Origin: Thermodesulfobacteriota bacterium
GTDB lineage: Bacteria; Desulfobacterota_D; UBA1144; Nemesobacterales; UBA2774
Assembly (NCBI GenBank): GCA_965223335.1
Contig: OZ244991.1
Coordinates: forward strand, 2,272,001 to 2,336,000
DNA: 64,000 bases
Reading direction: 5' to 3'
Numbering within the stretch: position 1 is the stretch's first letter; each line of letters starts with the position of its first letter. Made by a program: the position numbers and the translations under genes. The notes below the pieces were generated by a model. That model did not search any database, was not told the origin of the DNA, and saw only the letters and a list, made by a program, of their open reading frames with translations. Of the stretch, positions 48,383-58,426 are shown piece by piece.

Positions 48383-49075
48383 TTATGTCCTGTAGATCCG
48401 AAACCCTTCACTACTCACCGACTTCTCATGATCCTCTATTATCCCGCTTTGGTCCCAATCGTAATCTATTCCAGTCGCCAATATCAGTTCATACTCCACC
48501 ATCGCTTTTTCAAGGAACTCCTTAGCCTTTCGCGAGTAGTAATCCTCGTCATCCTGTCTCTTAGCCAACCTGGGCAGTACGTAGTTGCCCAATACCCAAT
48601 ATGAAGATAGTTTCCCAAGCTCAATGTTGGCGTTTAGCATAAGCCCCGGGTCAAATACGATTGATGTCCCCAGCGCACCCCCGCTTCTATCTCTTACCTC
48701 GGGCAAGAACCAGTCCCTCTCAATCATCCTGTCTATATCCGCCTTAGCCAAGTCATGGTCGTTTGCAAACCCGCTCTCCATCACCTGCTCTACCTTTGTG
48801 TTGCTCTTGTGGAGTTTTCTGGCTGCGGTCGTAAATGTCACGTCCTCTCCCGCGACACTTGTGGCCTCTAGTATCTCTGCGTTGGTCTTCTCCCCCACAC
48901 GAAAGTACTCCCCCGCCGCCAAGTCTGTGGTGTCCTGGAACTTAAGCGTCATATCCCCCGCCGCTGCATCTGCTCCCAGCGTTGTTTTAAGCCCCCCGCC
49001 GGTCTGGTCCGGCAGCCCCAGGTCCAGCACATCGGGCATAAACATCTCTAAATCCGCATCCGTCGAATACGCCAT
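48383..49075 (-). CDS. Head-tail adaptor (connector) protein with inserted beta-module
   Basis: MAYSTDADL start, helical C-half, position after capsid genes. Confidence 0.7.
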   Translation of the reverse strand: MAYSTDADLEMFMPDVLDLGLPDQTGGGLKTTLGADAAAGDMTLKFQDTTDLAAGEYFRVGEKTNAEILEATSVAGEDVTFTTAARKLHKSNTKVEQVMESGFANDHDLAKADIDRMIERDWFLPEVRDRSGGALGTSIVFDPGLMLNANIELGKLSSYWVLGNYVLPRLAKRQDDEDYYSRKAKEFLEKAMVEYELILATGIDYDWDQSGIIEDHEKSVSSEGFRIYRT

Positions 49076-49151
49076 GATTTATCCACCTTGTTATTCAAAA
49101 TAAGAATAATTGTATAACTTTTTGTAGTTGCTTTATTTTTTACTTTTTCCC

Positions 49152-49333
49152 AATGAGGTCGTGGACCTCAAATCGACATTACGGCAATGGCGTATAGAAA
49201 ATAAGCTTGCGAGACGTTAAGAATGGATTTCGGGGTTGTGGTTGGATTAAATACATTTAGTCTCATAAGATTATTTTTAGCCATTTCCGTACAGTCGATG
49301 ACTTTTGCATACTTTTGGTCAAGCAAAAGTATG
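49152..49333. repeat. Structured intergenic repeat, copy 2
   Basis: Alignable to 58184-58365 and 63182-63362. Confidence 0.85.
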
Positions 49334-49444
49334 AGTTAACAATGAGTTATATGATCACCTATCCCACAAACTATTTCGGTAGGGATAATATAATTTGTGA
49401 TTTTTGTTGTACCTAATATTAGAGAATGAGTCGATATTCTGAGC

Positions 49445-49735
49445 TTAGTCTTCCAACCACGGCAACTCAGGCACCACAAACGACTTACTAGTAGAACGAT
49501 AACCCTTACGCTCAAGCCTCCGGGCTCCATCCGCTCTCACCTCTCTGCGCTCTCCCCGCTCGTTTTCCATCACCACGGTGCCGAATTCTTTTGTGGCTCT
49601 TTCGTTCCGCTCGTTTGTACTGTCCTTGGCGTCACGAAGCATCCCGCTTAGCGCTTGCACGTCCTTTCCGCTTGCCCGTACTTCCCACTCGGGTTTTCGC
49701 CCCGGTCTCTTTATCTTTCTTTCCTCTATCGCCAT
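49445..49735 (-). CDS. Hypothetical charged protein
   Basis: SD-like GAGG; overlaps upstream gene. Confidence 0.6.
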   Translation of the reverse strand: MAIEERKIKRPGRKPEWEVRASGKDVQALSGMLRDAKDSTNERNERATKEFGTVVMENERGERREVRADGARRLERKGYRSTSKSFVVPELPWLED

Positions 49736-50192
49736 CCGTTTGGTCCTCGGGTTCGGTGTCGTCCAAAATCTGGGCTCCCGGCTCCGGCAGCCTAATCCCT
49801 TCCACCTTCATTTTGTACCGTTTGATTCTAATCCCGGCCTGCTTATCATCGGGGTCCGCCTCCACATTCTCCGTGCACTCCATCCATGGGTCTGCTACGG
49901 CTTTGTAACCAAGCCCTTGTTTGAACTGTAGTTTGTACATCCAGTTCCTGCAGTGTGTAGCAGTCTTTCTCCCCCGCGGGTTCGTGAACATTACGTTGTA
50001 AGGCCCCTCACCCTTTGTCCTGCACCTGTCCCATGCGTCGCATCCCCGGTTTGTGCCCGTAGGCTCCGAACACGTTGGATACCCTACGGCAAACCCCGGA
50101 TAAGTCTCGTTGGCGAGGTTCGGGTGACCCACCCTTGGGCCCCCGCCCGCCTCTTTCGCATCCTCTATCACTACATCTCTTATTTCAGCCAT
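49632..50192 (-). CDS. Hypothetical protein with four spaced Cys in the N-terminal half
   Basis: Follows capsid gene. Confidence 0.65.
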   Translation of the reverse strand: MAEIRDVVIEDAKEAGGGPRVGHPNLANETYPGFAVGYPTCSEPTGTNRGCDAWDRCRTKGEGPYNVMFTNPRGRKTATHCRNWMYKLQFKQGLGYKAVADPWMECTENVEADPDDKQAGIRIKRYKMKVEGIRLPEPGAQILDDTEPEDQTDGDRGKKDKETGAKTRVGSTGKRKGRASAKRDAS

Positions 50193-50217
50193 TATTTTTC
50201 TCTTTTATTTATAGGTG

Positions 50218-51048
50218 TTACGTTGCGTTTGTCTGATACTCTACACCCAGCTCATCATTCATCTCTGCCACACCAAAGTCCTGCGAGGCCACTATCTTTG
50301 TCGACAGTGTATCGGCGTCGAATTCCACATCTACTGTCGGTGTCTGTTTACGTGCAATCGCAAACGCCCTATCAGTATAGATCATGTTCCTTGCCGTGGT
50401 CGATACCTGCACACTCGAGCTAAAGTCTATGTTCACGCCATATGCGAGTCCGATTGTCCCTGTTTTGGCAGGCCCATTCTCTTCGCCTCTAACACTAGCA
50501 GAGTTGATGTTAGCAACCGCCAGTACATGGTCCCACTGTGCGGGATGGAATACTCCCCATATAGGCGTCTCTCCCATCAGCACTTTGTTCTTTCCACCCT
50601 GGATCAGGTCCCTTATTGCAAGCAGGAAGTTAGCCTCGCTAAAGTCCGACGCTCCCCCCACGCTCTGCGACAGCCCTGCATAGAGCCCTGCAATCTGCTC
50701 GTCCTCATACTGTGCCAGCGACTGTCCCAGCTCCACCTGATAGATATTACCCAGGCTCGTAACCGCTCTCATATCGGCCTTGCGGTCGATCTGTACCGCT
50801 GCATAGCTTACATCGGGTGTAATATCTACCGATGTTTCCGTATTAGCAGTGTACGATACGGTACCAGCGAACGCTGCGGCACTAATTGCACCGATCTTAG
50901 GGATATGCAGCACGTCCCCGGGTCCGCTGAACTGAAATTCCATAATACGCCCCGCAAAACCCCTGTGGTTATGCGCGGCAAACTCCACCTCGGCTTCCCA
51001 GATCTCCGGGATCACGGCCGCCGCGGTCGTGGTTGTTACATTAGCCAT
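50218..51048 (-). CDS. Major capsid protein (HK97 fold, compact 276 aa)
   Basis: IPEIW, GDVLHIPKIG, GTIGLAYGVNI, DFGVAEM patterns; SD AAGGAGGT; follows scaffold. Confidence 0.9.
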   Translation of the reverse strand: MANVTTTTAAAVIPEIWEAEVEFAAHNHRGFAGRIMEFQFSGPGDVLHIPKIGAISAAAFAGTVSYTANTETSVDITPDVSYAAVQIDRKADMRAVTSLGNIYQVELGQSLAQYEDEQIAGLYAGLSQSVGGASDFSEANFLLAIRDLIQGGKNKVLMGETPIWGVFHPAQWDHVLAVANINSASVRGEENGPAKTGTIGLAYGVNIDFSSSVQVSTTARNMIYTDRAFAIARKQTPTVDVEFDADTLSTKIVASQDFGVAEMNDELGVEYQTNAT

Positions 51049-51140
51049 CTAAATACCTCCTTTTTGTATCCTAAATTATTGGTATGTATTGAATATAGAA
51101 ATGTCGTATTTACTCTCAGAAAATAATGAGTTGTTTTTTT

Positions 51141-51390
51141 TAATGGGATTGCAAATCCCAGTTCCGATATTACAGCCGTTTAGCGTTAAGATAATTTGTG
51201 AGTACGGTGTTAAGAATGGATTTCGGGGGTGTGGCGGGATAATCCTCCCACTACCCCATCTTATTCCTGCCTGCCGCTCATATACTACATTCGCTGGCGG
51301 TCCCCATGGGCACTTACGTAATGGGACTCCCTAAAAATGGGGTCCGCGACCCCTGATTTTTGGCTACTTTTGGTCAAGCTAAAGTAGCAT
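51141..51390. repeat. Structured intergenic repeat, copy 3 with internal REP-like insert
   Basis: Both terminal hairpins present; about 51296-51354 matches 62819-62877. Confidence 0.8.
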
Positions 51391-51652
51391 AATAATATGC
51401 AATAAGAATCGTCCTACCGATAAACAATCCCAAGTGTAATTAACTTCCAGGTAATAAATCCTGATGGCGAACACACGAATAGCTGATATCACCGTATGAT
51501 TGCAAAGGAGCGTAGCGACTACAGCAATCCTTGATATAAAAGCCTTACAATTATTAAAGATTTTTCAATGTATTTACTAGAAATAAGAAGCCATAATAAT
51601 TGCAATAGCGGAAATAGTAACTGCCACTAATCATTCACTATTTCAAATTCAA

Positions 51653-52426
51653 TCAACCGCCGTAAAGGTGACGGTTATAAAGGGTGTCTACCACACCTTC
51701 TTTTTTGAGTTCCGCATAACGTTTAGGGTCTGTCTTTGCAATTTGTTTGATATCTTCCAGGGTGTATATACCGTTTTTCGATTTAACGCTTCCTGTTCCG
51801 GCCCCACGCGATTCAGTCGCGCGTGCCAAGCCAGGGCGGTTGTTTAAAAACTCCCTCATATATGCGGCGATGCTCATCTCCTTACCGGTTTCGGGGTCTA
51901 GTCTCGGGCCCCCGTCTTCGGCGGTAATCCTAGTGCTCTCGTCATCCCCGATCGCGATATACCCCTCGGTAAACGACACTATCATGTCCACGTTCTCTGG
52001 GTCTGCGCCTGCCTTCATAGCCGCCTCGGTTATTACCGCTCGTTTTTTATACGCCTCATACTTCTGCTTCCACGACTGTTTATCCTCTCTTTCTTTTACC
52101 AGTTCGGCCCTATGTTCCTGTTCCATGTGGGCGATCTTTTTTTCAAATTCGCCCCTCTCGCCTTCCAAGGTCTCTGCCATCCGCTTACTATCGCCCCTCC
52201 ACTTATTAAACTCTTCTAGCGCATTACCGTCCTCAAGCCCCATCTCCACGAGCTTTGCTCTAAACAGCTCATCCGCTTTCAGCTCTACAACCCTTTCAAA
52301 TTCCTGATCAGTATAATTTTTCTTCGAGCTAGTAGTCTTTTTCTTCTTCACCCCTGCTTTCTGCTTCTCTGGAGTCTCGTCGGTCATACTCTTTTGTTCA
52401 GCCATAGTCATGCCTTTTTCGTACAA
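51653..52426 (-). CDS. Capsid scaffolding protein
   Basis: Charged coiled coil, FLNNRPGL...GAGTG, AKTDPKRYAEL C-terminus; directly upstream of capsid. Confidence 0.8.
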   Translation of the reverse strand: MYEKGMTMAEQKSMTDETPEKQKAGVKKKKTTSSKKNYTDQEFERVVELKADELFRAKLVEMGLEDGNALEEFNKWRGDSKRMAETLEGERGEFEKKIAHMEQEHRAELVKEREDKQSWKQKYEAYKKRAVITEAAMKAGADPENVDMIVSFTEGYIAIGDDESTRITAEDGGPRLDPETGKEMSIAAYMREFLNNRPGLARATESRGAGTGSVKSKNGIYTLEDIKQIAKTDPKRYAELKKEGVVDTLYNRHLYGG

Positions 52427-52498
52427 CTCCTACAAGCTTTTACACCAAAGCCTTATACGCTCTATTAATTTGCAATGTATTGTTGTTTCGGCCAGCTA

Positions 52499-53299
52499 CT
52501 AGTCCGCATACACCTGTTGGTGTAGGTCCGATCCCTCTGCTAGTTTGGTTTCCAACACATCCCCATCAACCGACCTCTTTACTAATCCCAGCTTATGCTT
52601 AATTCCATACACAAATGTCCGCCACAACGCTCTCAGCTGTGTCTTTCTATAGTACGAAATCGACCTGTACCTACCTGCAAACTGTGCATCCAGCCACTCG
52701 TTCATCACTACTCTAAAATTTTCATCCCCTTCCTCGTACCTTCCACGTTCGGTGTTCGCGATCTCAATTTCATTAAACTGTAAAGAGTTCGAGCTGTAAA
52801 AATTCTGTATTAAAATCTGCTGTATCTCACACGATGCCCACCAATTAACGCTATCAAACCTCACCTGGTACGGCAGCAATATACGGTCCTCTACAACTTC
52901 CCTATGAAAAGCCATCATCTGCTCATCATTGAATATGAAAGTTTGATACTTATGTAAGGGAAAAGGGGTCTTCTCGGATTTCATAACCACCGGCACTCCC
53001 ACCGCCGGGCGGTAGCGCATCAACAGCTCCTCAAACCTGTCCCATCCCCCGCGTTTAAACTCCACATCGTCGTCTATGTAGATGTAGTATTCATACCGTT
53101 TACCTTTCCCCAGAGCCTCTTCCATCATCCTGTTCCGTCCCTCAGCCCATGTCGAATTCGGGAAATACAGTGCACCGTCCATCTCCCTGTCATAGGTCAG
53201 ATAAACCGCATCTACGCCGGCTCTGTCACCAAGGTGCATATAGTTTTTTACCAGGTCCGCCTGCCCCTGCACCATATAAATGTAATATTTATACGTCAT
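52499..53299 (-). CDS. GT-A fold glycosyltransferase-like moron (start probably ATG 53299)
   Basis: TWAEGRN and YEYYIYIDDDV DxD motif. Confidence 0.65.
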   Translation of the reverse strand: MTYKYYIYMVQGQADLVKNYMHLGDRAGVDAVYLTYDREMDGALYFPNSTWAEGRNRMMEEALGKGKRYEYYIYIDDDVEFKRGGWDRFEELLMRYRPAVGVPVVMKSEKTPFPLHKYQTFIFNDEQMMAFHREVVEDRILLPYQVRFDSVNWWASCEIQQILIQNFYSSNSLQFNEIEIANTERGRYEEGDENFRVVMNEWLDAQFAGRYRSISYYRKTQLRALWRTFVYGIKHKLGLVKRSVDGDVLETKLAEGSDLHQQVYAD

Positions 53300-53471
53300 A
53301 CACGTAAAATATAATGAACATATTGCAACACAGGTCAAATTGTTTCTTTTAAACCTTCACAATACACCTAAACATATGCATGTTCACCTATTAATTTTTT
53401 TCAAAACAGTTATATTTATATAGTTATAATAGGCAATTAAAGAGAAGCGGAATTCATATATAGATTTATTA

Positions 53472-54296
53472 ATGAATGTTATCAACTTAAAAGAACTCGA
53501 TGTTCTATCAGAAGAGGTGGAGCGCGAAGCGCTAATTAGTCTTCACGACAATTGTCCTGAAAACACACGCGAATTAATCTCACTCCATCTTCACATACTA
53601 GACGATGCCGTCATTGCCTCGGCCAAAAACGAGCCCAATGTCGTCATTAACCGCACACTCGGCCTAGGCACTCGTCAAGCCCCCTCAAATGATGCTCTAG
53701 GCAAGATCAAAAAGCTATACCACGATGCCGGTGTAGGTCGATTCTTTCTCCATGTTTACCCCGACTCTCACCCTGCTTTTAAACACGAATCCCTCGAGGC
53801 TCAAGGCTTACAAAAAACCCGCGGCTGGATGAAATTCCACCGCGAATCCTCTCCCCTACCTGTCCCCGAAACGGACCTCGAGGTCAAAGAGATTGACTCC
53901 GAACATGCACTCATATTCGGCAAAATCGTCTGCGAATCGTTCGGAATGTCCATGTTTAGCATCCCCATGCTCGCCGGGCTTGCCAACGACCCCCGCTGGC
54001 ACCTGTTTATGAGCTATGATAACGGTGTGCCCGCCGGTGCAGGCGCACTGTTCGTGCATAACGATATGGGTTGGTTAGAATGGGGGGCAACCAATCCCGA
54101 CTTCCGCCGCCGCGGCAGTCAGTCCGCCATCATGGCCGCTCGCATCAACATGGCTCATGAGCTCGGCTGTAAACATATTTTCACCGAGACCGGCGAAGCC
54201 GTCCCCGGCGACCCTCAGCACTCCTATAAAAACATCTTAAAATCCGGCTTTACCGAACTCACCCTCCGCCACAACTACACCCTCGCTGCAGCGTAG
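53472..54296 (+). CDS. GNAT-family N-acetyltransferase
   Basis: GATNPDFRRRGSQSA acetyl-CoA motif; SYKNILKSGF. Confidence 0.9.
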   Translation: MNVINLKELDVLSEEVEREALISLHDNCPENTRELISLHLHILDDAVIASAKNEPNVVINRTLGLGTRQAPSNDALGKIKKLYHDAGVGRFFLHVYPDSHPAFKHESLEAQGLQKTRGWMKFHRESSPLPVPETDLEVKEIDSEHALIFGKIVCESFGMSMFSIPMLAGLANDPRWHLFMSYDNGVPAGAGALFVHNDMGWLEWGATNPDFRRRGSQSAIMAARINMAHELGCKHIFTETGEAVPGDPQHSYKNILKSGFTELTLRHNYTLAAA

Positions 54297-54408
54297 TTCA
54301 TTTTTTCGACTATAAATCACTTATGTAGTGCTCACAGTCCGACATTACGGGCACACTCAGTGTGGCACATTACATGTGTAGGAAATAGTTTTATTTTACC
54401 TTCTCACT

Positions 54409-54617
54409 ATGGGATCTCTGATCCAATCCCGATATTTAGCGATTCGCGTATAAAAAATAGCGCAATGGAGTCGTAAATTGCACACTTAGTGTGCTTTCAG
54501 AAGTTATACGTCAATCTTTTGTTATACCGCGGCGCTAGCCGTGACGGAGTTAGCTATTTTTAGCTAATCGCTCTCAGTCGGTGATTTTTGCATACTTTTT
54601 GTCAAGCAAAAGTATAA
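54409..54617. repeat. Structured intergenic repeat, copy 4 (diverged)
   Basis: CAGTCGGTGATTTTTGCATACTTTT...CAAAAGTAT 3' end. Confidence 0.75.
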
Positions 54618-54682
54618 CGAAAATGATATGATGTGAGTTATTGAAGTTAAAAAAAATAGGTTATTTAAAGTAGTTACCTATC

Positions 54683-54718
54683 AAAAAAGCCGAGTATGGG
54701 GTTACCTGACTCGGCTTT
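54683..54718 (-). terminator. Intrinsic terminator
   Basis: AAAGCCGAGT...ACTCGGC-T6 on minus strand. Confidence 0.7.
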
Positions 54719-54859
54719 ATATGATAGCTCTGGGCGTTGTTCGCCCATTGATGTATAAACTATACCTAAATCACCTAACTGTCAAGTAACTATTTGCATG
54801 AAATAAAAAATATTTATCAATAAGGAAACACAAAATGCTTTATCAGTAAGAGGCTGGTA

Positions 54860-55465
54860 TTACTTATATTTATTCATCACATAGTCCATCAATTCCAGGG
54901 GCACATCAAATTTATCCACAAGCGCATAATAGAGCGATTCCTTATCCTCTTCAAAGTTGCCCTTCTTAGGGTTGTATACAGTCGGGAATAATCCCACTCC
55001 CAGGTCCCCCTGCTCCGGCAAAAAGTAATATTTCCCCGGCAGCCCATCGGCAAAAGATTCCTTATACAGCTTATCACCGTTGCCGTTTTTGGCCTTAAGC
55101 CCGGTTTTAACCTCGTCACACTGCTCCTCAGTCATTTCCTGATAATAGCACACATCGTCTATCATACTCATATCAAAGGGTATTTCCTTTGCAAACACAA
55201 ACACAATCTCCCCACCCTCTAGATAGGGCTTAATTTGCGAATCGTTTATCATTTTTACGAATATTCTAGAGTCAGGGCTCCACGAGGCCACCCCTGCAAC
55301 GATGGTTTTATCGGATACTTTTACGTTAACTCCTCTACCCGCAGGGTCTAGGAGCCTAATAACACTTTTATCCGCACGTGCAGGGTTTACGGCCACAAGC
55401 GCGAGTACGACAACTATTATTAGTCCTGCTAAATGGGTCTTCCGTCCCGGATGGCAACTAAACAT
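54860..55465 (-). CDS. Secreted hypothetical protein
   Basis: Signal peptide ending in ARA. Confidence 0.7.
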   Translation of the reverse strand: MFSCHPGRKTHLAGLIIVVVLALVAVNPARADKSVIRLLDPAGRGVNVKVSDKTIVAGVASWSPDSRIFVKMINDSQIKPYLEGGEIVFVFAKEIPFDMSMIDDVCYYQEMTEEQCDEVKTGLKAKNGNGDKLYKESFADGLPGKYYFLPEQGDLGVGLFPTVYNPKKGNFEEDKESLYYALVDKFDVPLELMDYVMNKYK

Positions 55466-55650
55466 GTTCGATTAAATTTAGCGCAGGTTCCTTCAATATT
55501 CAACTCTTATTGTTTTATAGAGTAAAATATTTACATTCTTTTGAATTCATGCATCTTAAATCGCTGCATAACTCTGATATTATTTCAACTATAATATATA
55601 GTTACAGTAGATTATGATTCACTGAGATAAAGTCTGAATAAATTTCCTTA

Positions 55651-55679
55651 TTGACATGATGACTGACAAAATTTAGTAT
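55651..55679 (+). promoter_or_regulatory. Sigma70-type promoter
   Basis: TTGACA-17-TAGTAT upstream of 55689. Confidence 0.6.
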
Positions 55680-55688
55680 TATTTTATA

Positions 55689-55928
55689 ATGTTAGAACAG
55701 GAATTTGAGTACTATAAAAAAAATCAAGAGAAACTTGTTAAGAAATACAATGGAAAGTATATTGCGATTGTAGGTAAAAAGGTAATTGGAGTTTTTGATA
55801 ACGAATTAGAAGCATATACGCATGCCAAAGAACAGCATCCTGTTGGCACTTTTCTTATTCAATACTGCTCACCTGGAAAAGAAAACTACACACAAACTTA
55901 CTATTCTAGAGTAGCCTTTGGTAACTAG
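55689..55928 (+). CDS. DUF5678-like small protein
   Basis: YYKKNQEKLVKKYNGKYIAIVGKKVIG pattern. Confidence 0.75.
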   Translation: MLEQEFEYYKKNQEKLVKKYNGKYIAIVGKKVIGVFDNELEAYTHAKEQHPVGTFLIQYCSPGKENYTQTYYSRVAFGN

Positions 55929-55942
55929 TATAGGAACCATTA

Positions 55943-56506
55943 GTGAAATACCCCAAAAAACCTGTATCTGGTTTCACCACACGTTCAAATAAGCTATCTC
56001 TTGTTTTACAAAATGATATTGAAGTGTCTGAAGTATACCTCGTATCATCTCCACCTGATGATATTCCTATAAAGTTGCCATACCAATGCATTTGGGATAC
56101 CGGTGCAACTAATAGCGTAATTAGTAAGAAAGTAGTTGAAGAGTTACAACTCAAACCAAGTGGTAGAGTCAAGGTAAATGTTGTTGGTCCAAGCGATGAA
56201 GATAAACATTATGAAACTAGTACTTATCTTGTCAATCTATTTTTGCCCTCAAAAGTTGTGATTTATGCAAAAGTTGCAGAAGGTTCTATCACAGGTTGTG
56301 ATGTCTTAATCGGAATGGATGTTATCACACTCGGTGATTTTGCAGTTACTAACCACAATAACAAAACTACATGGTCTTTCAGAGTACCATCTTGTGACGA
56401 AATTGACTTTATTAAAGATATAGTTGCACATAATAAGAAATTTAAATCTCCAGAGCAACGACGTAAAGAGAGAAACAAGCGCAAATCCCAAAAACGTAAA
56501 AAGTAA
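55943..56506 (+). CDS. Retropepsin-like (clan AA) aspartic protease
   Basis: IWDTGATNSVI and DVLIGMDVI motifs. Confidence 0.9.
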   Translation: MKYPKKPVSGFTTRSNKLSLVLQNDIEVSEVYLVSSPPDDIPIKLPYQCIWDTGATNSVISKKVVEELQLKPSGRVKVNVVGPSDEDKHYETSTYLVNLFLPSKVVIYAKVAEGSITGCDVLIGMDVITLGDFAVTNHNNKTTWSFRVPSCDEIDFIKDIVAHNKKFKSPEQRRKERNKRKSQKRKK

Positions 56507-56514
56507 TAAGTCAT

Positions 56515-56796
56515 TTACATCCTCTCCCCCATCTTTTTAATCGCCCTTTTATACAGCTTCATTGCCCCCATCGCACTCATTCCCAGCTGCTCCCCAATCG
56601 CTTTGTACGAAGACCCGCTCTCCCCTATTATTCCCATCCTCATCTCCACAGCCGCCCTCTCCTTTTCACTCAATACCCCAAGTGCCGCCTCCACTCTATC
56701 CCTGTTCACACTCTCACGCACCTCATCCGGCAAAAGCTCTAGTATATTTATCATCCCCTCATTGTATTTCTTCACTACCTCCCCTCCCGATAACAT
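56515..56796 (-). CDS. Sigma70 region-4-like HTH protein
   Basis: LSEKERAAVEMRMG...SYKAIGEQLGMS...YKRAIKKM. Confidence 0.8.
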   Translation of the reverse strand: MLSGGEVVKKYNEGMINILELLPDEVRESVNRDRVEAALGVLSEKERAAVEMRMGIIGESGSSYKAIGEQLGMSAMGAMKLYKRAIKKMGERM

Positions 56797-56818
56797 TATT
56801 CAGCTTATTTGTACAATC

Positions 56819-57095
56819 ATAGGGTCGTAAAACCCTAATCCGACATCAGAGATAGAGCGTTAAGAAAACAGGGTAGCGCGGAGTTAAAATTGATTTTCGG
56901 GGCTGTGGTGGGATCTAAATCAATAGCCCACACAGTGCCTGTGCTCGCATAACATTTCTACTCAACGACTTTGGCCTTATGATCTGTCTAATAACTCATG
57001 CTACTACCTCAAGATGGGGTCATTGACCCCTGTTTTTAGCGTATATCTCGTTAGTCGGTGACTTTTGGCTACTTTTGGTCAAGCAAAAGTAGCAT
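56819..57095. repeat. Structured intergenic repeat, copy 5 (expanded)
   Basis: 5' hairpin plus CCGAC; 3' GCTACTTTTG-N6-CAAAAGTAGC. Confidence 0.8.
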
Positions 57096-57231
57096 ATAAA
57101 TAGGTATGTAGCTTCATCCTACCGATAGATAATCCCAAATATTAATATAGCCCCGTCACTCTCTTCAAATAAGGGGTCCGTGACCCCGGTCCCTATAAGA
57201 ATATTCGATAATCCCATATCTGTATACAAAC

Positions 57232-57258
57232 AAAAAAGGGGCCAAAGGCCCCTTTCTT
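57232..57258 (-). terminator. Intrinsic terminator after 57305..57781
   Basis: AAAGGGGCC-TTT-GGCCCC-T6 on minus strand. Confidence 0.8.
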
Positions 57259-57304
57259 GCGGATTGATCAATATGTTTAGTTGGTACTACAGAAGCAAAT
57301 CTTT

Positions 57305-57781
57305 TTAACTAGCTTGTTCTTTCATTATTAGATCTATATATCCAAGCCCCATAGCATCAAACAGGTTCAATGCTATGCTCATCCCACCGCTTATCACCAT
57401 CGCACCCACTCTATTGAGAGCGTCTGCGATCTTAATAAGGTCATCTGCTTTCCCATCCTCCTCACAAACATCACTTACCACATGCAATAGTCCGTCCAAC
57501 TTTTCTATAAGCTCTATGGCCCCGTCAGGATCATCATGCGAGTCTATCAGGATCTCATCTGCCTTATACATCAGTTTCCTACTAGCATACGACAGGTCCT
57601 TTTGAGTAATTAGCCCTAAATCATCAAAATTCGCTACCAGATAAGACCAGCACAGGTCCCCTATTGCGTGCACCTTCTTTGCTATAGTCACGTTTGTAGA
57701 AGCAGTGTCCCCTAGATCACTGCTTCTAAAAACCGTGATTACGTCACCACCTGTAAATTCAACGTTCATCCTTCTTGCCAT
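57305..57781 (-). CDS. Hypothetical protein
   Basis: SD AGGAG, own terminator. Confidence 0.75.
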   Translation of the reverse strand: MARRMNVEFTGGDVITVFRSSDLGDTASTNVTIAKKVHAIGDLCWSYLVANFDDLGLITQKDLSYASRKLMYKADEILIDSHDDPDGAIELIEKLDGLLHVVSDVCEEDGKADDLIKIADALNRVGAMVISGGMSIALNLFDAMGLGYIDLIMKEQAS

Positions 57782-58183
57782 TCTGCTTCTCCTAAGTCCT
57801 CTTTTAATCTATTCAACATATAGCTTATTAAATAGTTGCTATAACTATCTCATCATACCCATTGTGTGTCTATTGGGGGATCACCCTATTTTAACTAGGG
57901 TAACTACCCACGACCCCATTTATTCCCTGTCGGTCGCTCGACTACTGCTCCCTTGCAGTCCCCACGACCCCATCTTATCCCTACCTGTCGCTCATTTTCT
58001 ACATTCGCTGGCGGTCCCCACGACCCCATCTTTTTTCTTTAGCCTTTAACTCATGGTGTCGTAGACACCAATTCCGACGTTAGCGATATAAAAAGGGGTC
58101 TGTCCCTCTTTATCAGTGGACTGACCCCTTTTTACTTTTGATTGAATGAGACACATACCTACTTAGTCTTTTGCCTTTCCCCT

Positions 58184-58365
58184 AATGGGATTGCAGATCC
58201 CAATCCCGACATTACGGCAATGGCGTATAGAAAATAAGCTTGAGAGGCGTAAAAATGGATTTCGGGGTCGGGGTAGGATAAATCTATTTAGCATCGAGAG
58301 ATTATTTTTAGACATTTCCGTACAGTCGGTGATTTTTGCACACTTTTCATCAAGGAAAAGTGTGA
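58184..58365. repeat. Structured intergenic repeat, copy 6
   Basis: 3' hairpin variant CACACTTTTC-N6-GAAAAGTGTG. Confidence 0.85.
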
Positions 58366-58426
58366 AGGTAATGGGTATAGCGTATGGGCCTACAGATATA
58401 CAATCCCAATTGCAAAAAATGTCCCG

